Numbered from the stretch's first letter, positions 25,101 through 38,115 are shown. The stretch: 64,000 nucleotides of DNA from Podospora anserina (GCA_017654855.1 CM030334.1:868001-932000); one strand, 5' to 3'. Translations and numbers: made by a program. Notes: generated by a model not told the origin, from the sequence alone.

Positions 25101-26455
25101 CTACCTGGAAGCTGAAGAGTATGGAAGAGGGCCCGCCGCGTGGTGGAAGTGACTCGTTGGACAAGGCAAAAACAAAAAACGCCCGCTCATCAAAAGGTAC
25201 GGCCGGAGGTGCGAGTGACTCCTCCCCTGCTCCACCGCGGGGGCCTGGAACTGAAAAGCAACCGTCCCGCATGCAAGCCGGGAGCCAAATGACGGGAAAT
25301 CGCCGTGGCACCTGGGAGGTGAGGTGGGCGATGGAGGAGGTGGAAGGGGGGGGAGAGGTACGAAGGTTAAGGTATGACTGGGGCTCCGGCACACAGCCCA
25401 GAGTCGGAGCACAGCGCCCAGCCGACCGTCGCAACCTCCATCGTAGGCATCGCTGGTGTCGCAAGCTGGCAGACGCCTCTTCCCCTGCGCACGGCGCGTG
25501 CATTGGCAGCTTTTTTTGTTCTTGATGGAACTTCACACACAAGTCTCTCGGAAGATAGATAAGATGGAGTGGGCAAGGTAGAATAGTTTTCCTGCCAGGT
25601 AGGTAGTAGCATCATGGGCGGCGGGTGGTCTACCGATCAGCGGCTGGTTTGAGCCGGATTTGCTTTGGCTGAGGCATCTCGGTGTCTCGGTGGGAGAGCC
25701 TGGGCAATCCGGGGCTGTTTAACTCCTGTTCTGTTCTATCTTCAACAGTGCCATCAAAGATTGTATAGTTTTGGATAGAGCTATATCAGGATGGCGTGGC
25801 TAGGTATGATAAAGTCGAGCCATCAAACGGAGATTTAGCGGAGATGACGAGTGCGAGACAAGATCGGGATCGTTTTCCTCACTGCCGGGGCCGGCTTGCT
25901 TTGTGTCGCGGCGCTGACAGTGGCGGCGGGCGCTGTTTGTCGCTGGACTGAGGGGCTGCTGGTAGCGACTGCGTCTCTGGCAGGCCCCACAGACCCCCGG
26001 CACCATCAGCCGATCCGCCCGCTCGATTGTGACCCACTTACCAGAGCGCTGCCGCCGCCTCCCTTCCCTCGCTTCCTGAGCTTCCAAAGTCCGTCCGAGC
26101 CTTTTTACCCCATCGCCCCCCGTCATTCCGTCCTTCCTGGCCTCGCCCTCTCTCCTCTTCCTTTTCCCACTCGAACCTGACCACAGCTCACCTCATCGCC
26201 GCCGACGACGACGACATTACAGGCCGGTCCACTGTTCTGATTCTGTCTCCTGTGGCTCCCGGCGCACCTCCGGACTCTTGTTTTTTCCTGCTCCGGCTTT
26301 CTCGGACTTGGATCGGACCACAGACAGACCACACAACAGAAAAGTAAGGTTTTGCTTCATCATCGCCAACATCGTCAACATCAACTTCTTCACCATCTTC
26401 GCCGTCCCCCACCCCACACACCACACACAGCAGCCTCTCTCAGCAACTCTCAGCA

Positions 26456-29054
26456 ATGGCGTCGGTCGTGCGATCGACAGCCCTCCGGGCCGGTGGTGCC
26501 TGTGTGCGCTGCCGGAAGGGCAAGACCAAGTGTGTCTACGAAAACGGCAGAGCACCATGCAAAAACTGCGCCAAGGGAATGCACGAATGCTATCTCCCCT
26601 CTGAGTCCATGGCCCATGGTGGTCATGGAGTATCGCCAGCCCGGATGCAGCACCGCATCCGGGAGTCTTTGCCCAGCGAACGGGTGGTTTCAAGCAGCGC
26701 TGTTGATCGCCAGGTACCGGCCGGTCCCAGTTCCAGCGTGTCGCGTCACGCCTCCGCGGCGCATGAAAAGTACGTTTTGCTATCTTATCTCTCTCACACA
26801 ATTCCCTTTCTTCTGCCTGGCCAGACAGAAAGACAGACAGACATACATCATCTTTGTTTGCGTGTGTGTCTTTTCTTTTCTTTTTTTTTTTTTTTCTTTG
26901 GGCTGGGTCCGGACGCATCCGTTTCGAGCGCGTTCTTTTTTGGGCGGCTCCGGATGTCTCAACCCGCCCCGGTTTGCTGTTTTCTAGCGTTGCCTTCTCG
27001 GAGTGGGATGGGTTTCGCCCCATTTTTTCCGCCCGGCCCTCATTTCCCAAATCAATTTTTTCGCCTGTCCCGTCTCACCCACCCTCGGGCGCATGGGCCC
27101 TCTTCCTGCCCCTCAGGCAAACGGAGCCCTCCCAGTGGATGGGCTCCCCGGCTCCACAGAGACCGGATCACCATACCGACCGAGTTCCCATACGGGATCA
27201 AGTGTGTCATCGGCCCGGAGACTGACATAATGTCGTTAAACAACAGACTTACACCCGAGCTCATGACGGAATGCGAGCGAGTCATCAGCAAGACCCTACC
27301 GGCCTGTGTTGCCTTCCACAAGCCGACCTTTTTGGTGGCGCTCAAGAATGCCTCGATGGAGCCGACCATGGTCAACGCGCTATTGACCACAGCTGCGCGG
27401 TAAGCAGACGCATCCACCGTTCTGATTGGTCCCTTTCCCTCTAACACGTCTTGTCAGGCACTCCCCCGCCATGATTCGCCGGTATGGCGGACACGGTAGC
27501 AGCAGCACTGCGGCCGAGCACTTTGCCAGCAAGACCATCAACCTGGTGATGCAGAATCTGGACACGCCTAGCCTTGCTGATATCCAGTCCGTCTGCCTCC
27601 TGATTCTGCACGAATGGGGTTGCCGCAATGCTGTTCGCGCCTACACTTATCTCGGCCTTGCAGCTCGCATGGCGCAGATGTACAGGCTTGTCCACCACCA
27701 CAACTCTACCAATGAGCCGGATCAGTTTCAGATGGAGGAGTCTTTCCGTCGCACACTTTGGCTCATCTACATCCTGGATTGCTTCTTGACCAGCAGCCCA
27801 GGACGCCATCCAGCACTGACCCACCTTGATGTCCAAGATGTTTCACTGCCCTGTCTCGACATGAATTACAACTTTACGAGTCCTGTACATGTTCGCACCC
27901 TCAGCGGCGCCCCCCCAGCGGGCTTGAAGGATTCCTCTGCCCAACTCAGCGAGGTGGGCGAGTTTGGTCATATTGTCTTGGCCACCAAGGCCTGGCGCCA
28001 AGTCGTCGAGATGATGACCACCACGACGTTGGCCACCTTTTCCGATGAGAGGTGTGTGCAGCTTGAGCAAGACATTGAGGTCCTCAGACAGTCCCTTCCC
28101 ATGCACTTTGCCGACAAGCCCAACAACATCAACCTCCACATCACCATGGGCAGCGGCTACACGTATGCCTTTATCCACTGCCTCTTGAACTGCGGCACCA
28201 TCTTTGTCAACCGCAGACGCATGCTTCAGGTGGTCACGGACGAGAACTTTAGCATCGACTTGTGGCGTGGATCTTCGCACACTCACGTCCAGACTGTTGA
28301 CAAGATCTTTGCGGCTTCTCACAGCATCATCCACTCGCTGTTGGCCCTGGAAACCGGAGCTGACAAGGACAGCATCCTGTGCTTCCCTCTGTTTATGCTC
28401 TTTGCCGCCTTCACCGCCGGCTCAACCGTCGCATACCTTACACTGAAGGGACTGGCCCCCGCCAACTCGAGCGAGTCCGCATTCAACATAGTGAGGGACA
28501 GTGTTCGCATGTGCCAGGACGGAGCCGAATCCTGGCCCCTGGTCATCCCCTGGCAGCGCCACCTCTCGGTCATGTCTAAGGTCCTTCGCGACGTGAAGAG
28601 CGCGCCACGCGACAAGGCCCGCGAAGACAGCAAGAAGCGGGCCCTCTCACCATCTGTCAAGGACGACAATGTCAGCCAAACCGACACGAATCCGGACGCG
28701 ATGGACTATGAACAACCCGATGTGTCCGCTGCTGGCCCTCAAGCTGTCCCTACCACCGAGGGTCGGGCAAGCGAGCCCCCGGTACCCCGTAAGACCGGCA
28801 TCACCACTATCAATGGTGGGCCTGTTGCCGTTTCCACACCCGCCGACAGCCCGCCACCACCAGTACCAGTCGTCGCCAAGGTTGACTCCCCCTCCCCAGC
28901 CTCACCAGGCTCAGCTCTCGGTGGTGTCCAATCGTCTAGTACCGGTCCCGATGTTCCCGACGTGGACATGACGGCGCTGGAGTTGTGCGCAGCGTTTGAG
29001 AGGCAGTTGCTCGAGCTGGATGACTTGGCCGCTTTCATGGGGGGCGGAGTGTGA
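26456..29054 (+). CDS. Zn(II)2Cys6 transcription factor with fungal-specific TF domain
   Basis: Zinc cluster CVRCRKGKTKC...CKNCAKGMHEC and middle-homology motif ESFRRTLWLIYILD. Exons 26456-26769, 27247-27399 and 27458-29054. Confidence 0.92.
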
Positions 29055-30404
29055 GTGTTGATTCCACTTTCTCCCTTCTTGGGAGTTGATCCCAAGCTAA
29101 TCAAGGCAAACAGTGGGAATGCGCCGAGCTAGATGTTCTTGAAGGAAGCGCATACAGTGAGGAAGAGAAGAAGAAGGATCCGACCTTTCCCTCACTAAGC
29201 ACGGTTTTCTGTAAACTATTTCTTTGTTGCGTCGTTCTGTACAATACTTGGCTTTTTATTTTTTGGCTCTTTTATAAGGGACACCTCGTCCTTCTAGGGA
29301 GGGTTTCTGTTCTTGTGTGGCTGGGATAATTGATGACGGGAGGGGTTGGTGTTGGGGGAAATGGATGGGGTGGGCTGTTTTTGCAAGGAGTTTTGTGCGA
29401 TGGAGGGATACCACCCAAGCGGTTCATGTTATGGTTCACGGCCGGTTTTACAGGCCATGGGGGAAGGCAAAAGTGTCTGGATGGGGATACTTTTTTTGTC
29501 AAATGTTATAGGAGGCAGCGTGTGCTCTACCTAATCTACCTATCTTGCCTGTATGGCTTGTGTCAACTTATCTTCCAAGGTGCCTGGTTTCTCTGCGTGG
29601 TTTCTCTGCGTGGTTGTGATGAATCTCGGTGTCTTGATAGGATCCATGGTCCCGGAAAAGAGCACCGGTTGCGCATGACTCGGGACCAAGTTCGGACGAC
29701 GGTTCTAGGTGACGTTTACGGAAGGCTTTGATTCATGTGATTCCAATGCCGTTGATCGGCTGCCGTTTTTTGTTTGGTTCCAACTGTGTGGTGGGTGGTG
29801 TGTTGATGCTGTGCAGCATCAGAATTCGCTCAGGTGCTTGCGTTGGATTGGTGAGCGGAGGGTAATACTGCGTTAGTGTATGCAGTTTCAGGATCGGGGA
29901 TTATGTGAGGGGAATACTGGGGGAGCGATGTCGGTTTTTTTTTGGATTCTTTTCCCTTTCCCTTGCCCGGGGGGTTGTATGTCTTGGTGAGGTCGTCTGC
30001 TCTTTTTTCTTGGAGGGGAGAGGTGATGGCTTGTTTACTTTGGTAGATATCACGGTTGAGGTTGGGGTTGTTGAGGGAGTCAACCACGGTTGAACGTCTG
30101 GTGAGTGTGCTTGACGACTGACTGCATTTTCAGTTCTGATGTGCACCAGCGGGCGGATCTACAGTAAATGCTGGAGGTGATTTGAGCACTTACGGTTTGT
30201 CAGCTTGGCGCCTTCCTGCATCATCACCAACGTTACCGCCACCACGCCTTCCCAACCAACGACATCATCACCCCTTCGCTCGGCACCGGGCCCTCATTGA
30301 ATTTTACGACCAACACTTAACCTAGCTTGACACCCACCTAGGTGTCAACCCTCCACGCCAATATCCCTAACTACCCAACATCAATTTCCCTAGCCATCCT
30401 CAAC

Positions 30405-33048
30405 ATGACCACCCCCACCCTCAGCTACCTCACCACCCGCCTCCCAAGCCTCCTCCCAAAATCAACCCACCTCTCCGACATCCCCAACCCATTCCGTCTA
30501 TTAGCCTCCCTCGACAGACAGAACTGGGCTTTTTTCTCGGTGGCGTTCTTTGCTTGGGTGAGTTAACACCATCACCGCAAAATGGGATCTTACTAATAGT
30601 GAACCACCAATAAGACATGGGACGCCTTCGACTTTTTTACTGTTTCTCTCACCCTTCCCGACCTTGCCAAGTCTTTTGGTCGGTCACGAACGGAGATAAC
30701 GTGGGGGATTACACTGGTACTGATGTTCAGGACGGTGGGGGCGGTGGCGTTTGGGGTTGTGGGGGATCGGTATGGGAGGAGGTGGGGGTTTGTGGTTAAT
30801 AATGGGTTGTTTGTTGTTTTGGAGTTGGTGAGTTATTTCTTTTTTTGACCGGGGGAGGTGGTTTTGGGATGGGAGGCAGCGGGGAGGGATCAAATGGAAT
30901 GGTATAGAAGGGAGGTGGTTGTTGTTTGGTTTGGGGGTGGCAGGAGTGGGGGAAGGGGATTGGAGTGTCTGGACGGGGTGTGGGCCAGGATGTTGAAGTA
31001 CGCCCAGCGCGATTTCTCGGGTACCAAAGGCATCATCATGTTCCGCAACATGTATAGCCTTATTCGATCATGGCTGGTGGATTTTGGGAATGAGCATTTC
31101 ATGTTTTGACTCCCAAGAGTTCACACACCTGGATGGACTTTGGAAGTGGGCTGGGGTTGCCATTCCTAAGCAGAAGAAGATTGCAACTCGCCGCTAGATT
31201 TACAGCCGCGTTGGCCGAGAGCTCTTCCCATCCGTCATCTCGCCGTGGGCCAACGTTGTCAAACTGGGATAAGACATTCGCCAACCGCAACAGTTTACCC
31301 TTCTACTACCTCAAGCAGATATTTACCATAATGGCAAAGGCAGGGGGAGTTGTTCCTGCGCGTGCGAACGGGAACTCGTCTGCTCCCCTCGGCCCAAGAG
31401 ATGTATCTCGAAATGACCCGGGGAGAAGCCGGAAAGGCTCGAGGCCAGGAGTCGGATGCAGCGGAGGCAGGGCCGGAGCCCTGGTTCTTAAGCAAACACT
31501 ACGTGATGGGAACGGGCCCTGGTGTCTCTATATGGCACGTTGCATAGCCGGGGATTGAGATTCTGGATCCCACGCCGAAGATAGTCGCGCAACCAGCGCT
31601 TCGAAACGGGGGGTGTTCGCAAAGTTGAGATGATGTCATATTCAAGGGTCCAAGTGGATAGGTCAGATTCAGGGATCAGAAACAAGCTCTTCCTTCCCGC
31701 GCGGATCTTATCTCTTGGCGATTTGACCCCTGGATCCCTGTTTTGGACTTTTTATCTTGGCTCTCTTCCTTCAACCACGGTCCCATTGAGTCTTTATTCA
31801 ACTTGTTCTTTTCACCGGCTAACATGTACTACCTTCTAGGCAACCGGCTTTTGCCAAACCTACTCCCAATTCCTCGCCTGCCGCGCCCTTTTTGGGATAG
31901 CAATGGGCGGCCTGTATGGCAATGCAGCTGCCACCGCCCTTGAAGATCTCCCACCGATCGCCCGCGGGTTGATGTCTGGTCTTCTCCAGCAAGGCTACGC
32001 TTTTGGCTATCTCCTCTCCACCGCCTTCTCCCGCGCCTTGGTTGACACCACTCCCTATGGTTGGCGCCCATTATTCTGGTTTGGAGCTTGTCCTCCTGTT
32101 CTCATTATTGGTTTGCGGTTGTTGCTGCCAGAGACGAGAACATACCAAAAGTTAAAGATGGAGCGAGAGCTCAAACACCAGCAGCAGCAAGATGAGGAGG
32201 AGGGTTCCGGCCAGGAGGGGGGAACTGGAACGCGCAAAAAGGGGGTGACGCATGTGTTTTGGGAGCAGGGGAAGCAAGTCATGAGAAAGGAATGGTTGTT
32301 GCTCACGTACATGGTGTTGCTAATGGCAGGGTTCAACTTTATGAGTCATGGCTCGCAGGACTTGTATCCTGTGCTGCTTGACACGCAGTTTTTGTTTTCG
32401 AGGGATCAGGGGACGACTGTTCAGGTTATTGCCAATGTCGGGGCTATGCTCGGGGGCACGACGGTTGGGTTTATGAGTCAGTTTGCGGGCAGGAGACTGA
32501 GTATCTTGGTGATGTGTGTTTTGGGAGGCGCGCTGTTGTATCCGTATACTGCGACTGATGTCGCCAATCAGGGATGGGAGAGGATTGCTGCGGCGGCGTT
32601 TTGGGAGCAGTTTGCTGTTCAGGGGGCTTGGGGTGTCATACCCGCTCATTTGATGGAGTTGTCTCCTGCGAAATTCCGGACTTTTGTTGTTGGTACGTCG
32701 TATCAGCTGGGTAATCTGGTTAGCTCGGCGTCGAGCACGATTGAGAGCACGATTGGGGAGAGGTTTCCACTGCCTCCGGAGACGACACCCGACGGGACAG
32801 TGGTTGGACAGAGATGCGAGTATGGGAAGGTCATCTGCATCTTCATGGGTTGCGTCTATGCGTATGTGGTGGTGCTGACGCTGCTGGGGCCGGAATGTCT
32901 TGGCAGGAGGTTTGACCGGCGTGATAGTGAGGCTTTGGAGGACACTGGGGTAGTATTTGGGGAGGATCATGAACAGGGTTTTGAGATCTTTCAAGGTGCA
33001 CAGGGAGAAAGGGAGAAACGTGATCGGAAGGGTGAAGAGGCGGTATGA
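30405..33048 (+). CDS. JEN1-like carboxylic acid transporter (MFS, SHS family)
   Basis: Exons 30405-30557, 30615-30827 and 31840-33048 splice in frame (FFAW|TWDAFDFF; VLEL|ATGFCQTY). Motifs MGGLYGNAAATALED, SGLLQQGYAFGYLL and NFMSHGSQDLYP. Confidence 0.9.
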
Positions 33049-33361
33049 CGAAGAAGATTGTGACGAAGGGACACGCGCGATGAGTACCTACATCCTAATG
33101 ACAAACTTTCAGTTCAGTTCCAGGTTACTTAGGCGTGGAGGCGTTGACACGTCTAATGGCTTCAACGGCGGCAAACTTGAGAACGCCACACACCTGTCAC
33201 TGACATCGTGACTGTTTGTGGTCATATGGACCCCGCGCCACACGTCTAACCTTTTCTTCCACTCTTCCCGGCATGTAAACTTTATCTCTTTGCACTCAAA
33301 TCTGTCCCGCTGCCACTAAACCGAAACCTCACCCTGCACCCTTCCGAGAATCAGCCACAAG

Positions 33362-33766
33362 ATGATCACAATGGGCACGATGTTGCGGTTGCGCAAACCC
33401 TTATCGTCTTTCTTTCTGATACTACTCATATCGACTCTCGCACTTGCCTTACCCGCAGAAGCATCACCGCCGATCCACGACACAAAACCTGCAAGCACAT
33501 CTGCCCGGCGTCAGACGATTGGCTGTCCGGGATTCCACCCTGATTTTGCGTGGTTGGTTCTCCCTCCCCGTAACCAGTGGGAGGCAGACTGGCTCAAGGC
33601 TCAGATCCGCCAAGAGCAGCTACCTGCCGGGGAGAGGGCGATTCTCCTTGACCCTACTACCCATCGGCTCTGTGTGAGGCAGTGCGTCATGGACAACTGT
33701 AAGGGTGTTTGTGGAAGGGAGTGGCAGGTGTACCCCGTTCATGGAGTGGATGAGGCACAAGACTGA
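33362..33766 (+). CDS. Putative small secreted Cys-containing protein
   Basis: Hydrophobic signal-like segment FFLILLISTLALA, an RR site, and C-terminal CVRQCVMDNCKGVC. The start codon is uncertain. Confidence 0.5.
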   Translation: MITMGTMLRLRKPLSSFFLILLISTLALALPAEASPPIHDTKPASTSARRQTIGCPGFHPDFAWLVLPPRNQWEADWLKAQIRQEQLPAGERAILLDPTTHRLCVRQCVMDNCKGVCGREWQVYPVHGVDEAQD

Positions 33767-34235
33767 CGGTAACGTGGGATGATAGGGGTTGTTATCGGTA
33801 CCAGTGCATTCCGGCTTGCGATTACGATTGCTGTGAGAGGGGTCTTTGATGGAGACTGGCAGGATGACGAGTGGGATGAATGATATCTTCATATCTTTTT
33901 TCAATTGCTTTCTGCTGTTGCTTCATCGCTTCTACTCATGGAAGTTGCTCTTCTTAGTGGTTTCAAGTGAGCAGTTCCCATCATGCTGGTTTATGCTCTC
34001 TGAGCTTGTTCAGGAAGTGATAGGAAACACGAAGGTGAATGCTCCGGTTCAATATAAATATGGCTTTCTTCTATTCACGGTACGTGTTAAATCTCGTGCT
34101 GTTTGGCCCTGGGGAGATCACCTGACTTGAGCAAAGTCGACCTCTCTAGGCCTTGCGGGTCTCTCCCGGTTCCTCCCAAGTGAATATTGCTCGACAATAC
34201 CGAGTTGATACCCCATCACCGTCTAGGTGGGGCTG

Positions 34236-34306
34236 TTCACTCCCACTGTTTGCTTTTCACTCCCACTGTTTGCTTTTCACTCCCACTGTTTGTTTTTCAC
34301 TCCCAC
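34236..34306. repeat. 20-nt tandem minisatellite (TTCACTCCCACTGTTTGCTT), about 3.5 copies
   Basis: Contiguous direct repeats without spacers, upstream of the 34606 ORF. Confidence 0.9.
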
Positions 34307-34605
34307 CACTGCAACAAATCTGGCCTGCCCTCCTTCAATTTACACCCCGCAAGCGATTTCCTACTGCTTTTTTGCTTCATCACCCAAGCCTCATCACCTG
34401 CGGTCTTTACGAGCGTTCATTTGCTCTTCCTTGCGATCATTTCCTTTTCCTTGCAATTAATTATTGCTTCTTGTAAGTCGCTTCATAATTTGTGTAAATC
34501 TGCTCCCCCGACTAACCCTCAGCCAGTGCCTCTTATCTACTCCCTTGTCCTTTCTATACATTTCCATTTCGCTAGCTCCCCTCAAGAATCGGATAAAAGG
34601 ACACC

Positions 34606-36452
34606 ATGGCAGCCGCTGCGGAAGCACCCATGTCTCCCCCACCGCCTGGGCCGTTCAACTGGGACAAACCAGACCTAGTTGCGTACTATGCGGATGAGGG
34701 GGATGATGACAATGATCAGGAGGTTTACGGGTCGGACTGGATTGGCGAAGACGGTGACGGAGAGGGTAACGACGGACAGGGCGACAGCGGGGAGGGAGGC
34801 AACAACGACGGTGGGAACGAAGATGCTGCTGGTGATCAGGGCAATAACACCGCCCAGAATGACGGCATAACCGACGATGAATCCCAGCGTCCAGTCCCAC
34901 TTGACTGGAATACCTACGACTCGGAGGACGACGAGTGGGCGCAGCAGTTCAAGTGCATAATTTGTCCCAGGGACAAGCTGCCTTTCGCAAGAAGCAATAA
35001 TTTGCGTAAGCACCAGCAGGATATTCACCTGAGACCCAAGCAGCGAACGCGCCAGTTTTGGGCTCAGCGCAAAGCCAAGCTGGTGGCACTCGAGCAGTCA
35101 AGTCCCGCCCTTGCGGCACAGTTGAAAGAGCAACGCACCAGGCGTAGACGGAAACTCGATCAACGAGCGCAGAACCACCAGAACTCTGTCGCTCCAGCTC
35201 CGAACCAAGCCAGGTTTGCCCCTGTGAAACGCTCTTCTCGACTTGCCAACCCGAAGCTGAGCCAGCACCAGGGAAATGCCGGTCAACGACCAATCGTACC
35301 AGCCAACATTAGCCAACGGGTGCAAACCCATGCTAGACCTGGGCCAATGACCCTTTTGATGCGACAGCACGTTGGCATGGAACAGACTGCGCAGTTGGAG
35401 AATATCCCACAGGCCAATGCTGTTCAACCTGGCAACCTTGGGACAGGAAGCATCACCCAGGGTCACCCGACCCCGTCAGTCCCCATCTCTCGTTACCCTG
35501 CCGTTCCACTTGATCATAATCAGGTCCAGGCCGGTGCTGGGATTATTGCGCCCAACTATCTAGCGTCTGGAAACGCTGGAATCTCATCTCAGCCTCCCAT
35601 TCTTCGTTCTCACGGGCAAACTGGCAACCGCCACCACACGCCTCACCCCTCCGGACCAGCCCAAGGTATTCAGCGCACTGAGGATGTTCTGCTTAGTGAA
35701 CAGAACCTGGCTGCTGTGAGAAGCGGGCATCTGCAGCAACGCCAGTATGGCCGGCGCAGTGTGGACGACAGTACAGGTCTGCCAATTCTGGCCTGTATGA
35801 CATCAACACCCCAACCCATCTTATGTATGGCCTTGGAACTACAAACAACATTCAGCCTCGGCTCGGGAATCCATATCAGCATGGCCAGGCTGGTGGATAT
35901 GGCAGCGGCTACAGCCAGGGCAATGTTTCGGGTCAGAACACTGGTTACCTACATGGCCCCAACACTGGCTATGTCCAGAACACCGGCTATGTCCAGAACA
36001 CCGGCTATTTCCACGACAATGCCTATGTCCATAACACCGGTTACGTACCCAATTCCGGTTATGTCCCCAGCAACAGGTATGGCCGGAGGGCCAGCTACGA
36101 CCCAGACAATATCTACGACCTGAACTATGCTCACGGTCAAGGCACCGGCTACGCCCGAAACATAGGTTACAATCAGGGCAATGGGTACAGCCTGGGCAAT
36201 AGTTACAGCCTGGGCAATAGTTACGGCCTTAGCAACAGTCGAAGAACGGGCAATGGTTACGGTCAGCGCGGCGCATACGGCCTTGGTCAAGATCAAGGCC
36301 AATCCGCCAGACACGCTCAGGTCCCTCAACCTGGTCAACGCCAAACCCTTGGCTACGAACAAACCATCGACCCTCGTCTACTGAACGAATCTAGTCAAGC
36401 CGCTCAGCATGGTCCGAGCAACCAGAATGGCGGTGACACGGCTAGTGACTAG
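34606..36452 (+). CDS. Orphan C2H2-finger protein with acidic N-terminus and G/Y/N/Q-rich repeat C-terminus, split by a frameshift or tiny intron
   Basis: The ORF from 34606 has FKCIICPRDKLPFARSNNLRKHQQDIH. A second frame, open from about 35700 to 36452, encodes NTGYVQ and GNSYSL repeats and ends TIDPRLL...GGDTASD. Confidence 0.6.
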
Positions 36453-36581
36453 AATTGTCGCGCGTGCTATCAACGGCGGAGCCAATCATAGGCTCTGGGG
36501 CTTTTGAGAATGGGTAGTGGAGGAATTTTCAGGAAAGGACGGAGAAATTGGTGGAGGGATGTTTGGGATATCTGTATTTTC

Positions 36582-36665
36582 TGTTTGGTTTTGTTTGGTT
36601 TTGTTTGGTTTTGTTTGGTTTTGTTTGGTTTTGTTTGGTTTTGTTTGGTTTTGTTTGGTTTTGTT
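36582..36665. repeat. (TTGTTTGGTT)n tandem repeat, about 8 copies
   Basis: Perfect 10-nt repeat downstream of the 34606-36452 gene. Confidence 0.95.
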
Positions 36666-38115
36666 TTCTTTTTTCTTCGTCGGAATGGAGGAATTCTGGG
36701 GAAGGGCTGAGAAATTGGTGAAGGGATTTTTGAGATAGCTGTTTTTTTCTGCTCGGTTTTTATTTTCGTATGTTTTTCTTTTCCGCATATTCGTGTTTTC
36801 ATGGGTGTTGTTTTGCGGTTGTGTTTGTTCCCGATTTCACGTTGAACCAGACAGCGGTCCCCTTTTTAGATGGATGCTAACAACACACCTTGCAGGTCAA
36901 CATCATGAGGTGAACGATGGATCAAGAAACTACGAGATCAACAGAAGCGCCAACGCTCGATAGACTAGCCTCTCATGGCTGCTGGATGAGGAAAAGGATA
37001 GAAGGGACAGAGGTGCTAAAATTCAGACTGACGTGCTGTATCCAGGAAACTCGCCCTTGGACCTTTTCCACCAACATGACGCCCTTTCTCAGAAATTATT
37101 TCCACAAGTAATCACCAAAGACAAGTCCACTCAGCCGCTACACAACTCTGACCAGAACCCAGGCCATCATCACCGCAATGGCAGACAAGGGAAATTACCC
37201 TCGACCGCCTCACTCACAAGGTGATGCTGCTACGAGAGTCTGTCCTCGGCATGTCGAAGACCATTCTATAGTCTCCTCACGTGCAGTGGTAAGTAGTATG
37301 TGTAGCAGCTTTTGTAATTCTGACAGGATCGAAGGAAACCGACTTTCAAAGACACGAGGCCTACAGCAGATGGATTTTTTGTTGCTTCACACCTGTTACT
37401 CTTCACTGACAAGCTGATTTCGACGACGACTTGAACATCAAAGACCAGTATTAGGTAACTTCAAACCTGTCCGTAGACATATACATACTTTTTTTCCCCA
37501 GATGTTTTGCTAGTTGGCCGTCATCGAGACGTGAGGCACCGAAGATGTAAACTGACGGACTGATGTGCGTTTCACATCGCTGTTAACCCACGTTCACCCT
37601 TACCGGCTCAACGTCAACAGTATGATGACTGATAGCGCTTGAGATTGCACCTCTCTGTACTGATGCCTCGTTAACCGTCAACGTCGGGAGTGGGTCTGGT
37701 CGGCTCATGGTATTCACTCCCTTCACTCAATCACAACATGTGGGCCATGCTGCTCTCTGTTTTGCTTTTTCTCCTCTGCTTCATGATTCGGCTACCCTTT
37801 CCCCCCAAACCATCAGAGAAAAGTCCACACCTCTCTGAGAAGCAAGCAAGGTGGTAAGCAGTGCTCAACACCACACCTGCTCATCCTACTGTTCGCTCTA
37901 ACCAGTGTCTAAGCCAGTCGATACCTAGGTTGTTATTTTCTCACTTGCGACTTACTGCACTTTGCTTACTGAAGAGTCGCTTTTCCCAACATTGCCTCGA
38001 ATAGCCCCCGACTTTTTTTTCGACCACCCTGATCGTTTAATTTAGTAGCCCTCAGAAGGAAGCAAGGTAAGAACAGTTCATTATTCCCACCTATCCGTTT
38101 CGTTCGTATTAACAA

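Noticed and set aside
31255..31620. Group I intron-like words (GTCAAACTGGG, GAAGATAGTCG) inside the JEN1 intron
   Set aside because: No proper R element (GACTA) to pair into P7 and no clear Q element. The boundaries are ordinary spliceosomal ones. An Infernal search would be needed.
34236..34306. 20-nt direct repeats as a CRISPR-like array
   Set aside because: The repeats are contiguous with no spacers, the context is eukaryotic and there are no cas genes.
36470..36802. ORFs with KPNKTKQNQT or FCLVLFGFVW repeats
   Set aside because: They are translations of the (TTGTTTGGTT)n repeat.
37621..37665. ATGATGA...CTGA as a box C/D snoRNA
   Set aside because: Only about 42 nt between the boxes, no terminal stem and no recognisable rRNA guide.
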